Source: Marsupella aquatica (lineage: Eukaryota; Plantae; Marchantiophyta). From it: a DNA stretch of 64,000 bases. A model generated the notes under the pieces. That model did not search any database. It worked only from the letters and a program-made list of their open reading frames with translations, and was not told the DNA's origin. A program made the position numbers and the translations under genes. The first letter of the stretch is position 1. Each line of letters starts with the position of its first letter. The stretch lies in contig OZ316892.1 of assembly GCA_973895155.1 (NCBI GenBank), positions 6,927,251 through 6,991,250 on the forward strand, given 5' to 3'. Positions 15,541 through 32,070 of the stretch are shown piece after piece.

Positions 15541-16067
15541 TCAGGTTCCACTTTTGGCTTTAGGGGTCAGTTTTGATTTCTATGGCGGTAGGATCTTAGT
15601 CTGTGGATGGCCTGTCCTGTCTTGGGATTGGCGCCTTTATGCACATATTCAGTCCCTAGTTTTATCACTAGGTCTCTTCCTGCATTTTTGGTTGAGTGAG
15701 CCCTCATTTCTGCTCTTCTCCTTGTTTTAGTTAGGTGGGCCTCGTAGTTGGTGTCTTTCACCTGTTCTTTTTTTGCCCTGTCCGCTTGGCCGAATAAGTT
15801 TGGTCTGGGTGTGACTTTTTGGCCTGTTGACCTTGTTTTGGTCTGGCCAGGTTTACTCCCGTTTTTATTGGGTTTTGCTTTTCACATAAGTAAAGTACTC
15901 CTTTCAAGAAAAAATTTAAAAAATGGTTGGTTTGCATCTTCGTCAGGCTTCCCAACCCTGCCCGTTGCCCATCGCGAGTTGGCGCAAGCAAAGGGAAGAG
16001 CCGGGCACTTACTTTGTTACCCACGAGCACAGGAAAAACAGAAACAAGCACAGGCGGGCGGGCAGGT

Positions 16068-16258
16068 ACATGAGTAACTACAGGGAACTGGGGTTGATCA
16101 ACATGAGTAACAGGGAACCGGGGTTGCTCAACCTGAGTAACATAGAGCTGGGGTTGCTGAACATGAGTGACCACAGGGAACCGGGGTTGTTCAACCTGAG
16201 TAACCACAGGGAACTGGGGTTGTTCAACATGAGTACAAGGGAACCGGAGTTGTTCCAG
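16068..16258. repeat. Minisatellite, ~6 units of 30-33 bp (ACATGAGTAACCACAGGGAACYGGGGTTGTTCA-like)
   Basis: Six consecutive imperfect units read directly from the sequence. Confidence 0.9.
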
Positions 16259-16307
16259 CTTCGTTGGGCAGATGGGCACCCACTGAAAAAACGTGCGGGC
16301 CCCCAAC

Positions 16308-20550
<4,243 letters not shown>

Positions 20551-21017
20551 TTTTTCACACTAGTTTATAAAAGTAATGCGAAACTGCTAATGTTTCCATA
20601 AAACTAGCGGTTCATTCTGTTGGCCTTGCTTGGCCATTAGAGCATCTCCAGCAGTAGGCCTGTAACCCCCAAAATCCCCACATAGCGGAAATTCGCGGAG
20701 AGCGTTCCCCGCACTGGCCCCTATCACTAAAAGATTAGTGGTCGGGACCCTCTTCATTGACCCTGGCTGCGGGATTGGCAGCTGGCAGACAGTGCTCCCA
20801 TCTTGGCCTTCCCCCATCGATGTTCTCAAACAATCCATATGTCAGGAGATATATCCTAGTTATGCATGGAACCTTAACCAGCCATGGTGCCAAGAGACTT
20901 TTCACGTCTTTGTTTGTGAATGTTTTTCACTCCAATTGTAGAGGTCAAATTTTATACTCTGATGTTGAATTGTCTCTAACTGGTTTTCCCATGCAATTCA
21001 AGGTGGTGTTCACTTGA

Positions 21018-21173
21018 AGATAACATCTGGAATATTGTGCAGTCTATTGCTTACTAATTATATCAAGTTTGTTTGAAAGCTACCGATGAGCTATTAGATA
21101 ACATCTGGAATATTGTGCAGTCTATTGCTTACTAATTATATCAAGTTTGTTTGAAAGCTACCGATGAGCTATT
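21018..21173. repeat. Perfect 78-bp tandem duplication
   Basis: AGATAACATCTGG...GATGAGCTATT at 21018-21095 is repeated at 21096-21173. Confidence 0.9.
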
Positions 21174-22611
21174 TGTTTCTATATCAATGGTCCTCAATAA
21201 TAAATTCATCCGATTGACATTCATGACCTTTAATTCCTCACTTAACACATTCTTTGTCACTGATTTCAGATTTGGTGACTAGCTTGTTCAAAAACTGAAA
21301 TTCAAAGATTGTGCACTATGTAAAAAGTTAAAAATGCATTTTCAAATTTCATAATCCCCATACCAGGCTAACCCAGGGGTTCTGTGTCCTCACCCGGGGT
21401 AATGCCTCATAATCACTTGTGAAAAAAACTAAGTAAACAATTCACTGGAGGTTTAAGGTGAGGCTTCCCTAGAAGCCTAGACCCCAACTCTGGCCTCCAC
21501 AACTCTAGCCCCAACTTTAGCTTATGTTCAACCACACCTGCCCTTATAAAAGACTTATTAACTCACTACTCATTCTTGTCCTGTGGTGAACAAAGTCTCA
21601 AAGTCAGGGGTTGACCACTTCATCAGTTATCAGTATTTCTGTCCTTAGCTTTTGTGAATCTCAGTTGAGTAGTTGAGATGGGCCTTTGCACCTATGTGCA
21701 TCTCAGATGGGCAGCTGAGATTGGCCCAATCTTGGCTGACCTTCCCAAGATAGGCGTACGGATGAAATAAATCCCCAAAAAATGAATTCAAAAATTTTGC
21801 AAATTTTTTTCTTTTTGAGGAAATTCCGGTACGGTTGTGGCCCATATCAGTTGCCCTCACTGAGATGGGGCATACAACAGTAAGGACGCCCCATAGTGAA
21901 AAACAATGGATTTTTGTACCCATTTGTTCCCATAGTAACTTGGTGACTCAATGACTTCTTTAAGATGACATGACCAATGATATCAGATTAAGTGATTGGA
22001 AGATATCAGCTGATGGAAATCTACAACTATAATAAGGGATCCCGCTTTTTTTTGTCCTTGGTCACCATACAAAAAAGCTTCTGGGAGGGAAAGATCCACA
22101 GCCGTTGGATTTGATTCGCTATTTTTGCTCACCATTGATGAGAGAAATGTACACCCCTATCATGTATTTGCTTCCCGCTGCCCCGTAATGCCCCCGGCCA
22201 ATCCCTATGGGCCTGCCCTCCTTGCACAGTGCAAAGCACTGGCATAGGGCTTGTGATTTATAAGTGATGAGGTACTTATAGTCGTCTCACTATCAAAGGT
22301 CAAGCACTTGACACTCACCACCTTTTGTGGTGCTCAAGTGCTTTAGTGTGGTTTCACGAATTAGTAGTAAGATAATAATCATCTCCTAGGACGCTTTGGC
22401 AAGTATAGGGTAATGATAGTTTTACTAGTCTGTAACCTCGTGACCAGAAAGTGAGGAAATGCTAACCGGCCGCAACTGGGAAGTTTTTCTCAGCTTTGTG
22501 GGAACAAGTTTGAGACACTAACCCCAGCCGAAAGAGTCATTCTCATAAGTAATACCTATATGGGAAAAAGAATACTGGGCAAGATTTTCTGGGCACAAGG
22601 TTATGGAAATG

Positions 22612-22943
22612 TGTTGAACTAAGACGTCATTCGCAACGACCATACAACCATGATTCATTCCATGCACACGTAGTCGACACAATCTCTACGTGGTTCACCT
22701 TTTCTCCAAGGCTATGTCCACACGAACACTCAAGCTTTACTTCAAGAGTAGACGAACACACATGCTCTCTCTCTTCCTCCTGTTGCTCTATTACAATGAG
22801 TAAGCACCACACACCAGCGGCTTACACTAGCCCTGGTATATACAAGGTCACACACGACTAACCTAACCTCAGCTAAGATCCTAACTGTGGTTAGCCTAAG
22901 TGCCGTAACCTATGAGTCACAAGACTAAGAGCAATCCTTAACA
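22612..22943 (-). repeat. 3' LTR of copia element
   Basis: TGTTGAACTAAG...CCTTAACA; 4 transitions seen relative to the other LTR. Confidence 0.95.
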
Positions 22944-22957
22944 AACTCCCCCTTGAC
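22944..22957 (-). other. Polypurine tract of copia element
   Basis: Minus strand reads GTCAAGGGGGAGTT immediately before the 3' LTR. Confidence 0.85.
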
Positions 22958-23146
22958 TCTAGTCTTGGGGACTGCAATTTCTGCTATCCATATGAGATAC
23001 TCAGCGGGAATTCTAGACAATCACCTAAAACCATAGGTGTCCCCCTAAAAACTATTTAAGGTTAACTAAGGGTTAACTAGAATTAAGCCGTAGCCATAAC
23101 AGGATTGAGTAACCCATATACAGAAATTACATATTGTTAAGTTACT

Positions 23147-26100
23147 CTACTTGTGCTGCAAATGCAAAACTTGCAAAGTAGCACGATGTCTTAAGTAACT
23201 CTCCAAAGGAATCACTTTGGTAAAAGCATCAGCCGGGGTGAGCTTTCCATCAATCTTGACTAGCTCAAACATTTTATCAGACACTACTTGCCTAATAAAA
23301 TGGTACTTGATATCAATGTGTTTCACCCTGCTATCCATAACCTGGTTAATAGCTAGGTGAAGCGCACTTTGGCTATCACAATGAAGAGTCATTTTTCCAT
23401 GCTCCAATCCCATCTCAGTGACCAGCTTATCCAACCAAATTGCTTCCTTTGCTGCTTCTGCTGCTGCAACATATTCTGTTTCTGTAGTAGACCAAGATAC
23501 ACACTTCTGCAAGGTAGATCTCCAACTTATGCATCCTCTTCCAAGAGTAAACCCATACCCAATCGTTGACCTCCTTGTTTCCAGACAGCCTCCGTAGTCA
23601 GAATCTACATAGCCAACCAAAGATTTGGTTTTGTTTGATCTACTATCAAACAATAGACCATAGTCTATTGTGCACTTAAGATACCTGAGAATCCATTTCA
23701 CAGTCTCCCAATGTACCTTCCCTGGATTTGACATGAATCTACTCACTTTGCCCATTGCTAGGGCTAGATCAGGCCTGGTACATGTCATCAAATACATTAG
23801 ACTGCCCACTGTCTTCTCATATGGAACCTTAGTCATCAAGCCTCTCTCCACTGGATCCGTGGGGCAGAAAGCCGATGATAACTTGAAATGTGGAGCCAAA
23901 GGAATACTTACTGGCTTACAATTTTCCATGTTGAATCTTGCAAGTACCTTTTCAGCATACTTGCCTTGATTCAACCACAACTGTCCAGTTTCAAAGTTCC
24001 TCGTAATCTCCATACCTAAGAACCTCTTGGCTTTCCCAAGATCCTTCATTCGGAATTCAGAACTCAATTTTGCTTTGAGTTTGTCAACCTCAGTTTGATC
24101 CTTAGCCACAATCAACATGTCATCCACATAGAGCACCAGAATGAGCAAACCAAACACACCATTCTTGACTGATTTCGTATACACACAAGGGTCATACACC
24201 ATCCTAGTGAATCCTTGTGCAAGCATGAAATCATCAAACCGCTTGTTCCACTGCCGAGGAGCTTGCTTCAATCCATACAAGGACTTAAGTAACCTGCAAA
24301 CTAAACTCTTTTGGCCCTTCTTCACAAAGCCCAGTGGTTGCCTCATGAAAATTTGTTCCTCCAAGGTGCCATAGAGAAAAGCAGTAACAACATCCATTTG
24401 ATCTAACACCAGATAAAAAAACACAACAAGTTGACACAAAATTTGTATCATGGAATATTTGGCAACTGGAGAGAAGACCTCATTGTAATCCACTCCCTTC
24501 TCTTGAGTGAATCCCTTGGCAACAAGCCTTGCCTTGTATATCTTGTCTCCTTCATCTGAAGAGTTGTCCTTCAGCTTATAAATCCACTTGCTATCCACCA
24601 CTTGTTGATCACTTGGCAGTTGCACCAGCTCCCATGTTCTATTGTCACTTAAAAGATTGCAACTCCCTCTGCATCGCTGCATTCCATTCATCTTTCTCGT
24701 CTGAAATGCACGCCTCATGATAAGAAGAAGGTTCTCCTTCTTCCAAGATCAATGCTCTATCATCATCTTCAGGTGCAATGTCAACATCATCTAACCTTGA
24801 TGAATCTGTCCATTGTCCATACCTTGTAGGAGCTCAAGTAGTACGTCTTGATTTTCTAGCTGATGATTCTGGTTGATCTTGTTCTAATGGTTGAATTTGA
24901 GGTATTCCAACAACAACTTGCTCCTCTTGTTCCAATACCGGAACCAGCTCCATTCTCGGAGCACCTCCTTCATTTATGTCATGAAAACTCTCCTGACCAA
25001 TCTCCCCCACAACATGGTCCAGGATAGGAGATTTACCTTTGTCAGTACGGGAAGCCTGAGCATTCTCCCCCTCCTTTGATGATCTGGATTCATTAAAGGA
25101 TACATCTCTACTGACAAGCAACGTACAAGCTTCTGGATCCCATAGCCTGTATTCTTTCACACCTGGTTGATAACCAAGAAAAAGACACTTCTTGGAAGTA
25201 GAATCTAGTTTAGATCGATTCTGCTTAGGTGTGAGAGCATATGCATCACTTCCAAAGACTCTCAAAACCTGATAGTCTGCGTGCCGTCCATACCTCATTT
25301 CAAACGGCGTTTTGAAATGGATTGCACTTGAAGGAGAAAGATTTACCAAATAAGCTGCCGTATTTATAGCTTCAGCCCAAAATTCATGCGGTAAACCTGA
25401 TTGGCTCAACATACTCCTCGATCGCTCCAATAGTGTTCGGTTTAGCCGCTCACAAACACCATTCTATTGAGGAGTATAAACTGTCGTGAGATGACGAGTA
25501 ATCCCTTGCTCTGCACAATATAGTTCAAATTCACTTGAACTGTACTCCCCGCCGTTATCTGATCGCAGATATCTCACCTTGGATCCAGTCTGATTCTCAA
25601 TTTGGGCTTTTCACTTCTTAAAAGTGCCAAAAACTTCAGACTTGGCGTGTAGAAATGTGATCCACACATACCGTGAGTAATCATCAATGAACGTGACATA
25701 GTACAATTTTCCAGAAAGTGAGGGAGTTGGGGCTGGACCCCACACATCACTATGTACATACTCAAGTATAGCTTTGGTATTGTGAGTTCCAACACCAAAG
25801 GTTCTCCTGTGCTGCTTCCCAAGCACACAGTGTTCACAAAAATCTAGCTTAGTAGATTCCAAATTAGAAAGAAGTCCTTTCCTGCGAAGTACCGCCAAAC
25901 CCTTTTCACTCATGTGTCTCAATCTACAGTGCCATAATTGAGTCATCTCGCCTTGAGATCTAGTTACATTGGCTTCTTCACAAATCACGTTGCCCTCCAA
26001 CAAATATAGATTCCTGTGCCGCTTACCCTTCATGACAACCTTGCCTTCGGTTGACACTTGAAGAATACCATCAGCAGAACTCCACCGACATCCATTTGCT

Positions 26101-27301
26101 TCCAGCATTCCAAGAGAAATCAAGTTCTTTTTCATGTCAGGTATGTGTCTGACATTACTCACTGTTCGCACAGCTCCATCAAACATCCGAATTTTCATGG
26201 ATCCAATTCCAACAATTTAACAAGGATGATCATTCCCCATCAACACGGAACCGGTTGATATTGAGTAAGAAGTAAAAAACTCTTTCATACAACAAATATG
26301 ATAGGTACAGGCACAATCTAAAATCCATTCATCACCGTTGTTACTGGATAAAATGCAAAGGGCAACATCTGGACTTCACAAGATTTCATCATCAAGCAAG
26401 TCAATCATATCAACATCAGTGGCTGCGTTTGCTGATGGTTGATGAGACTGCTTGACTCGACAGTCTCATTTCATATGGCCAGGCTTGTTACATTTCCAGC
26501 ATATAATTGGTTTCCTTTCTAGAGATTTCTCTCTAGACCTGGATCTAGACTTAGACCGAGCCTTCTCCTTGCCTCTATTCTGTGAGGGGTATGTTTGTGA
26601 AAAGGACCTATTTCACCAATCATCTACTGTTGAGTTCTCCCGCGGTTCACATTCAATGCACTGCCAGATGAAGATGGTGTCTGGGCATGACCCAGTTTCT
26701 TCTGTGCATCATCTGACAGCAAAGAGCTTACCACCTCATCATATGAAATGGTTTTGAGATCTCTATACAAGAGAACCTGCTTCAAACCTTGATACGATGG
26801 GGGTAAGGAACTGAGAAGAAGCAATGCCTTATCTTCATCTTCCACTCCCTTGCCAAGATTTGATAAATCTACAGCTAGGTTGTCGAATTCATCCAAGTGA
26901 TCTCGAAGCTTGCCTCCTTCTTTTAGCCTCAAGCTCATCAAGAGAGACTTCTTGTACAACCGATCTGAGGCATCCTCTCGATAGTACTTCTCTCTAAGGG
27001 CCTTGAATAAGGATACGCAATCCTCGTAGTCGTCCAGCTTCTTAATGATATGCGGCTTCAGATACAGCATAACCGCATTCACAGCAATCACTTGCTCTTG
27101 CCTCCATTTCCTCAACGGGATCTCCTCTTCACTGCTAGACTCCTCGCGAGTCGATAGCAGATGATCTAGGCCCATAGCACGAAAAATTCCCTTAACCTGC
27201 TTCTCCCATAACAAATAATCTGTGCGCCCATCATATTTTTCCACCTCAAACTTGACACCGCCAAACTTGGATGCCATCGTTGTCCTTCCAACGTTCTCCA
27301 C
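23147..27301 (-). pseudogene. Copia gag-pol polyprotein interrupted by stops/frameshifts
   Basis: Gag 26624-27301. Zinc knuckle CWKCNKPGHMK*DC at ~26460-26500. Protease WILDCACTYH at ~26300-26330. GAG-pre-integrase/integrase (WHCRLRH, VHSDVWG, FIDDYSR). RT (KARLVAKG, QMDVVTAFL, LYVDDML) and RNase H in 23147-24718. Confidence 0.93.
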
Positions 27302-27971
27302 GTGCTATTGCTGTGCTGCTCCCTATATGCTTTTATCGCTTTTTTCTTCCTTCCTTCTCGTTGACTCAAATCCAAATCACGAAAAAATGTCGTTTTTCGC
27401 AACTTTCCAAAAAACTTGAAACTTGTCACCGCCACTTAGCCCACCAACCTAGCAAGCCAACGCTGAAATCCAAAATTGAAATCGAGTTCCAACGAAAAAC
27501 TTTTTCACGTTTCGGTCGGGGTGGGTAAAACTCAAAAATTCTCCCCCGTTTTCACCACCTCAGGGAATAAGAAAAATTCCAAGTACCACCCATCGTCGGA
27601 AATGAAAATCGAGTGGTGCACCGCATTGCTAGCTTCAGTGGCTACGTTCTCGCCAAAAAAGATCCGAAAAAAGTTACTGTTTGGACCTTGGAATCTTTGA
27701 CTAAAGGCCAAAAAACAGCTCTCTATTTTTTCGGTATATTCCTTGGACTGTGCAACAGGTCTCACAGGGGGCCGTTCCCCCTGTCCAAGCGATTAATTTG
27801 GTGGGTCACCGGGCCCGGGATGCCGCTTAACCAATGAGGAGCCTGGAAAGGATTAAAAAACTGGGCCTAAGGAGGTTTAAGCCCCTTAACACAAAAATAC
27901 TGTCTTAAAAAAGGCAGTGCACAAGGGGCCGGGGAGTAAAAAACCGAGTCGAAATGGGCAGGGATGGAGCT

Positions 27972-28112
27972 GCGACGGTCGGGACCTCCGGGACGTCCGG
28001 GACGTCCGCGTCGGCTGCGATGGTCGGGACGTCTGCGACGTCCGTGCCGGCCGCGACATCCGAGACGGCTGTGACGTTCGAGACGGCCGGGGCGTCCAGG
28101 ACGTTCGCGATG
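27972..28112. repeat. GC-rich 9/18-bp degenerate tandem array in the copia 5' leader
   Basis: Repeating GCGACGGTC/GGGACGTCC-type 9-mers. Confidence 0.8.
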
Positions 28113-28931
28113 GGAGTATTAGCGAGGAGGAGGAGGGGGTCGCCGACGGGGTATTGACAGGGGTGCAAGGGTCAGGAGGGTGTGTATACACACCACAAAA
28201 AAGGCCCTATTCTAAGGCAAAATATGCACAAAAAATAAATTTGTTGGGTTACTCACACTGCCGTTATCACTTTACACCAGATAAAGACTAGTTTTCGACG
28301 GGAAATGTTACCGAATTGCACCGGCACCGTTTGCAACTCTAGCAGAGTAAAAAATTCCCGTCACGACTCCTTCACTCCGCGTCAAGTGTCAATCTTGGAC
28401 TCAAAACGACCACTGCATCGCGATATCTCCATTGAGTCGTTGCACTTCCTGTTTCTTCCTCCGAGTCGAACGCAACGAGAAGTAACCCCGCTTCAGTCAA
28501 AAGAAGACTCCATAGCCAGTCAAAAACTCAGAACGGCTCTTTTGCTTGGTACATCGCACTCACTACACCCTCGATAGCAAACCAGCTACCGAAATGATCA
28601 GCTTTGCCCGATCTACGATTTGAGCTAAAGGTTGTGACGCCTCGCGCACCACAAAGCTCACACCGTCGAGAAAATGATCTCAGTTCCCCCCCAAAAGAAC
28701 CGTCGAAGAAAAAACCGTCGAACACGAATCACAAAAAATCCAGAACGACGGAAACGTGAATTCCTCCGCACCACGAACTCCGTTCAGAGATTTCTTTGCA
28801 CCGTCGGAAAGCCCTTGCCTCGATCTATCCGTTGAGCCCAACACCTCCAAGTTCCATGCGACAGAACTCCGTGAAATCCACCAACTCTAACCACTGGAAA
28901 AACTGTCACCAACACGTCACCTCCCAGGCTT

Positions 28932-28943
28932 GCTCTGATACCA
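28932..28943 (-). other. Primer-binding site (tRNA-iMet)
   Basis: Minus strand TGGTATCAGAGC, 2 nt after the 5' LTR. Confidence 0.93.
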
Positions 28944-28945
28944 AT

Positions 28946-29277
28946 TGTTGAACTAAGACGTCATTTGCAACGACCATACAACCATGATTCATTCCATGCA
29001 CACGTAGTCGACACAATCTCTACGTGGTTTACCTTTTCTCCAAGGCTACGTCCACACGAACACTCAAGCTTTACTTCAAGAGTAGACGAACACACATGCT
29101 CTCTCTCTTCCTCCTGTTGCTCTGTTACAATGAGTAAGCACCACACACCAGCGGCTTACACTAGCCCTGGTATATACAAGGTCACACACGACTAACCTAA
29201 CCTCAGCTAAGATCCTAACTGTGGTTAGCCTAAGTGCCGTAACCTATGAGTCACAAGACTAAGAGCAATCCTTAACA
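28946..29277 (-). repeat. 5' LTR of copia element
   Basis: Direct repeat of 22612-22943, adjacent to the PBS. Confidence 0.95.
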
Positions 29278-31179
29278 AAATGGTGGCACCTAATAAAAAA
29301 GTTACACACCTGTAATCTTTCTTCCCGACAAGAATTACATATAGGGTAATGACGGCTTGGTCCTGGGGTTATTGGTCTATAACCCTGTGACCAGAAAGTG
29401 AAAAAATGCTGACAAGCTACCGGAAGTTTTTCTGAGCTTTGTGAGAACAGGTTATAGAGAGTAACCCTAGCCCCAAACAGTCATTATTGTAGGTAATACC
29501 TGTCCAGAAAAAGATTCTCTGGCAAGATTTTTTGGGAACCCAATTATGGAAATAGTGGCACTTACTAGAAAAAGTTACACACCCGTAACCTTTCTTAATA
29601 ACGTGCTTCTGTATGAATAGGATAATGTCCTGGTTAGAGGGCATTGTGGGATATAATGCCCATAACTAGGACATTAATGTACATAAAAACTTGAGTGACT
29701 TTTCGATAACAAACAAGAAAAAGTAAATCCTTGAAATAGAAAATTCAGATTAAAAGGTCATCCAATAAGTGATTGCTATGAAATTGGCCAAAAATATACG
29801 TTCTTGAGTTATTAGATTCTATTCATAGATATTTTGTTCGTATCACCATATAAGATTTGGTTATCATCTTGAGATCTTGACTAAATTTAAATCTTTTTTT
29901 GTGTATGGTAAAACTATATTTACGGGCCCCACTAGAGGTCCCTTCCAAAATTCCTGGCACCACAGCGTGCCACGTCAAACCGCAACAAACAAGACTCGTC
30001 GATTTTGTGAATCAAACTTATAGTTTTCATTCATGTTTGTGTCAATTTGGGTGTAAATGTTGGGACGCCGTGCCGTAAAAAGAAAAGTAAAAACATTGGA
30101 AATGCAAAGAGCAAGACGGTTAAAACTGTCACTATGTAACCGTTTTAGTTACATTTCCAATTTTAAAACTTAAATTCAAATATTTATAAAAAGTATTTTC
30201 CATATAATAAATAATGACTAATAACTAACTTGATAACTTCCTTGTTAAACCGCAACTCCCGGTATGTAAGGACCTCTCGTATTGTACGGCCATTAATGTT
30301 GGGAAGAGCACATAGAAACCCAGGATCGGGGAGGAGGAATGGTTGGAATTTTGAAAGTTCATCAAATTTTATACTCAAAACTATTTACTCATTCTCAAAA
30401 CAAAAAATACCCAGTCGTAGATCTCATTGAGATCTTTCTTTTGCACCCTAGATCGCCTTCTAACATGGATGAATAAGATTTCTAGAGGCATTACAAAATG
30501 GACGACAAAGATCGTAAAATCAACAAAATCGACGACTAGGAAGGCTTGGATTTGTTTAATTTTTTATTTGAAAAATATTAACCCATTTGCAAAGCGGACA
30601 CAACCCATCCATAGATCTATTTGAGATCTTTCTTTTGAGCCATAGATTGGCCATTATGATGGATGGACAAGATTTCCGGATATAAGAAATGGAGACGGCT
30701 CAGATCTATTCTTCCCCCTGATTTTATTAGCCAAAGGATACACGAACTAATTAATTTTTACTTTTATGGAATGGTGTTTTGTATAATCTCCTCCTCAAAA
30801 AAACAAGCACATTATGGAGAATTAATGCACTCAAATAAGTCATGAAAGGCTTTACGAATCCAAGGGAGTTCCGGACCATTTGTAAATTCTGAGGAGCGCA
30901 ATTTGGCTTTGGATGGGCACCTCTAACGAGCGCGTTTTTCAAGACATCGCTGTGTGCTGAAATCAGTGTTCCCCAGTTGAACGAGGGCCCTTTCTTTCAG
31001 CTTTCAGGGAACGTCCTGAAACTCATCGGTAGGAAAGCTTGCCCCCGAATCACCCGCGATCGGAGAATCGTTTCTGTAGCTGGATTGCTTCCTGCCGAAA
31101 GGCGGACGGACGGGCGGACAACACATTTGCTGGGGAGCCCTCTCTTCGCTCGGGAATGTGATACGGGACGGACTTCGGT

Positions 31180-32070
31180 ATGGCGTTGAGGGAACGGAGA
31201 CTGGTAAGTACTTTTCGCTGCCGAGATGTTTGATGCGTTATAGAGGAGCACTACTCGTTTCCAGCTGCTGCTTTTCTTCGGTTCGCATGGTCTAGCCCTC
31301 AGCTCCTATCTGACGGACCTTACGTAGAATTGTCGGTCGATTATCTGGATTATTGTTACTCCTCGAAAATTAGGGTTTTGATAGATAGGGAGTTCTTATT
31401 TACGTCACTTCTGTAACCTCACATTCTAATGGACCCCTGCCATTGAAATAGGCGGGGATTACTGGGAAATCTACGTTAAGGAGATTGTCAGAATTTGAGA
31501 TTTACGTTCTTCTCCTAGCAAGTTCATCGGTCTGGTTGTGGACTAGACATTACTAGGGTCTGGGGCCAGTGGAGGAGGCTCTTCTCACTTTAGCAACGTT
31601 TCTGATTCAGATTGTAGAGAAGACCAAGAAAAATTAATTAATGGAATCCTAGAGAAGTAGGCATATACTAGAAGAGTCATGCTCTGACTTTACTATGGTG
31701 AAGAGACTGATTCTAAGTTTCGTTTTTCCTTTTCCCACAGAGTCATTTGCAGAATGGTTACCACAATGACATGCAGAGTGGTCTGCAAAATGGGGGGCCT
31801 GTCTGGGGCCAACAGAAGAGAGGAATTTTCAAACGGACAGTGGCTTGGGTGAATTCTAAGATCTACGTGTACAATGTAACGTTTGGACTTTATATGCTGG
31901 ACTGGTGGGAACGGGTTCTTTTCAATGTTCTCGCCCTTTTACTACTGTGGTTTCTCTGCTACACGACTTCAGACTTCCTCATCCGTTCTTTTAAGGACCC
32001 AGAAAGTGCATTTCCGAGTTGGAATGAAGACACTTCGTTGAATTTGAGTCATCGTGGCAAGCTCTCATAA
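31180..32070 (+). CDS. Small subunit of serine palmitoyltransferase (ssSPT), 2 exons, ~117 aa
   Basis: Core WVNSKIYVYNVTFGLYMLDWWERVLFN matches plant ssSPT. Proposed exon 1 31180-31203 (MALRERRL|GTAAGT) splices in frame to the acceptor ending at 31740. Confidence 0.85.

Larger units (their letters stand above)
22612..29277 (-). mobile_element. Full-length Ty1/copia LTR retrotransposon with disrupted gag-pol
   Basis: Two 332-bp TG...CA LTRs. 5-bp TSD AAATG (22607-22611, 29278-29282). tRNA-iMet PBS, PPT, and gag-protease-integrase-RT-RNaseH order. Confidence 0.97.

Noticed and set aside
16068-16258. CRISPR-like array
   Set aside because: Contiguous tandem units with no unique spacers, in a eukaryotic context with no cas genes.
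27886-28291. ORFs in the copia leader as an env-like or extra gene
   Set aside because: Low-complexity translations of a GC-rich tandem array, open on both strands.
30417-30710. Degenerate ~85-bp direct repeat (TAGATCTxxTTGAGATCTTTCTTTTG)
   Set aside because: Probably internal repeats of a small decayed TE; no termini found.
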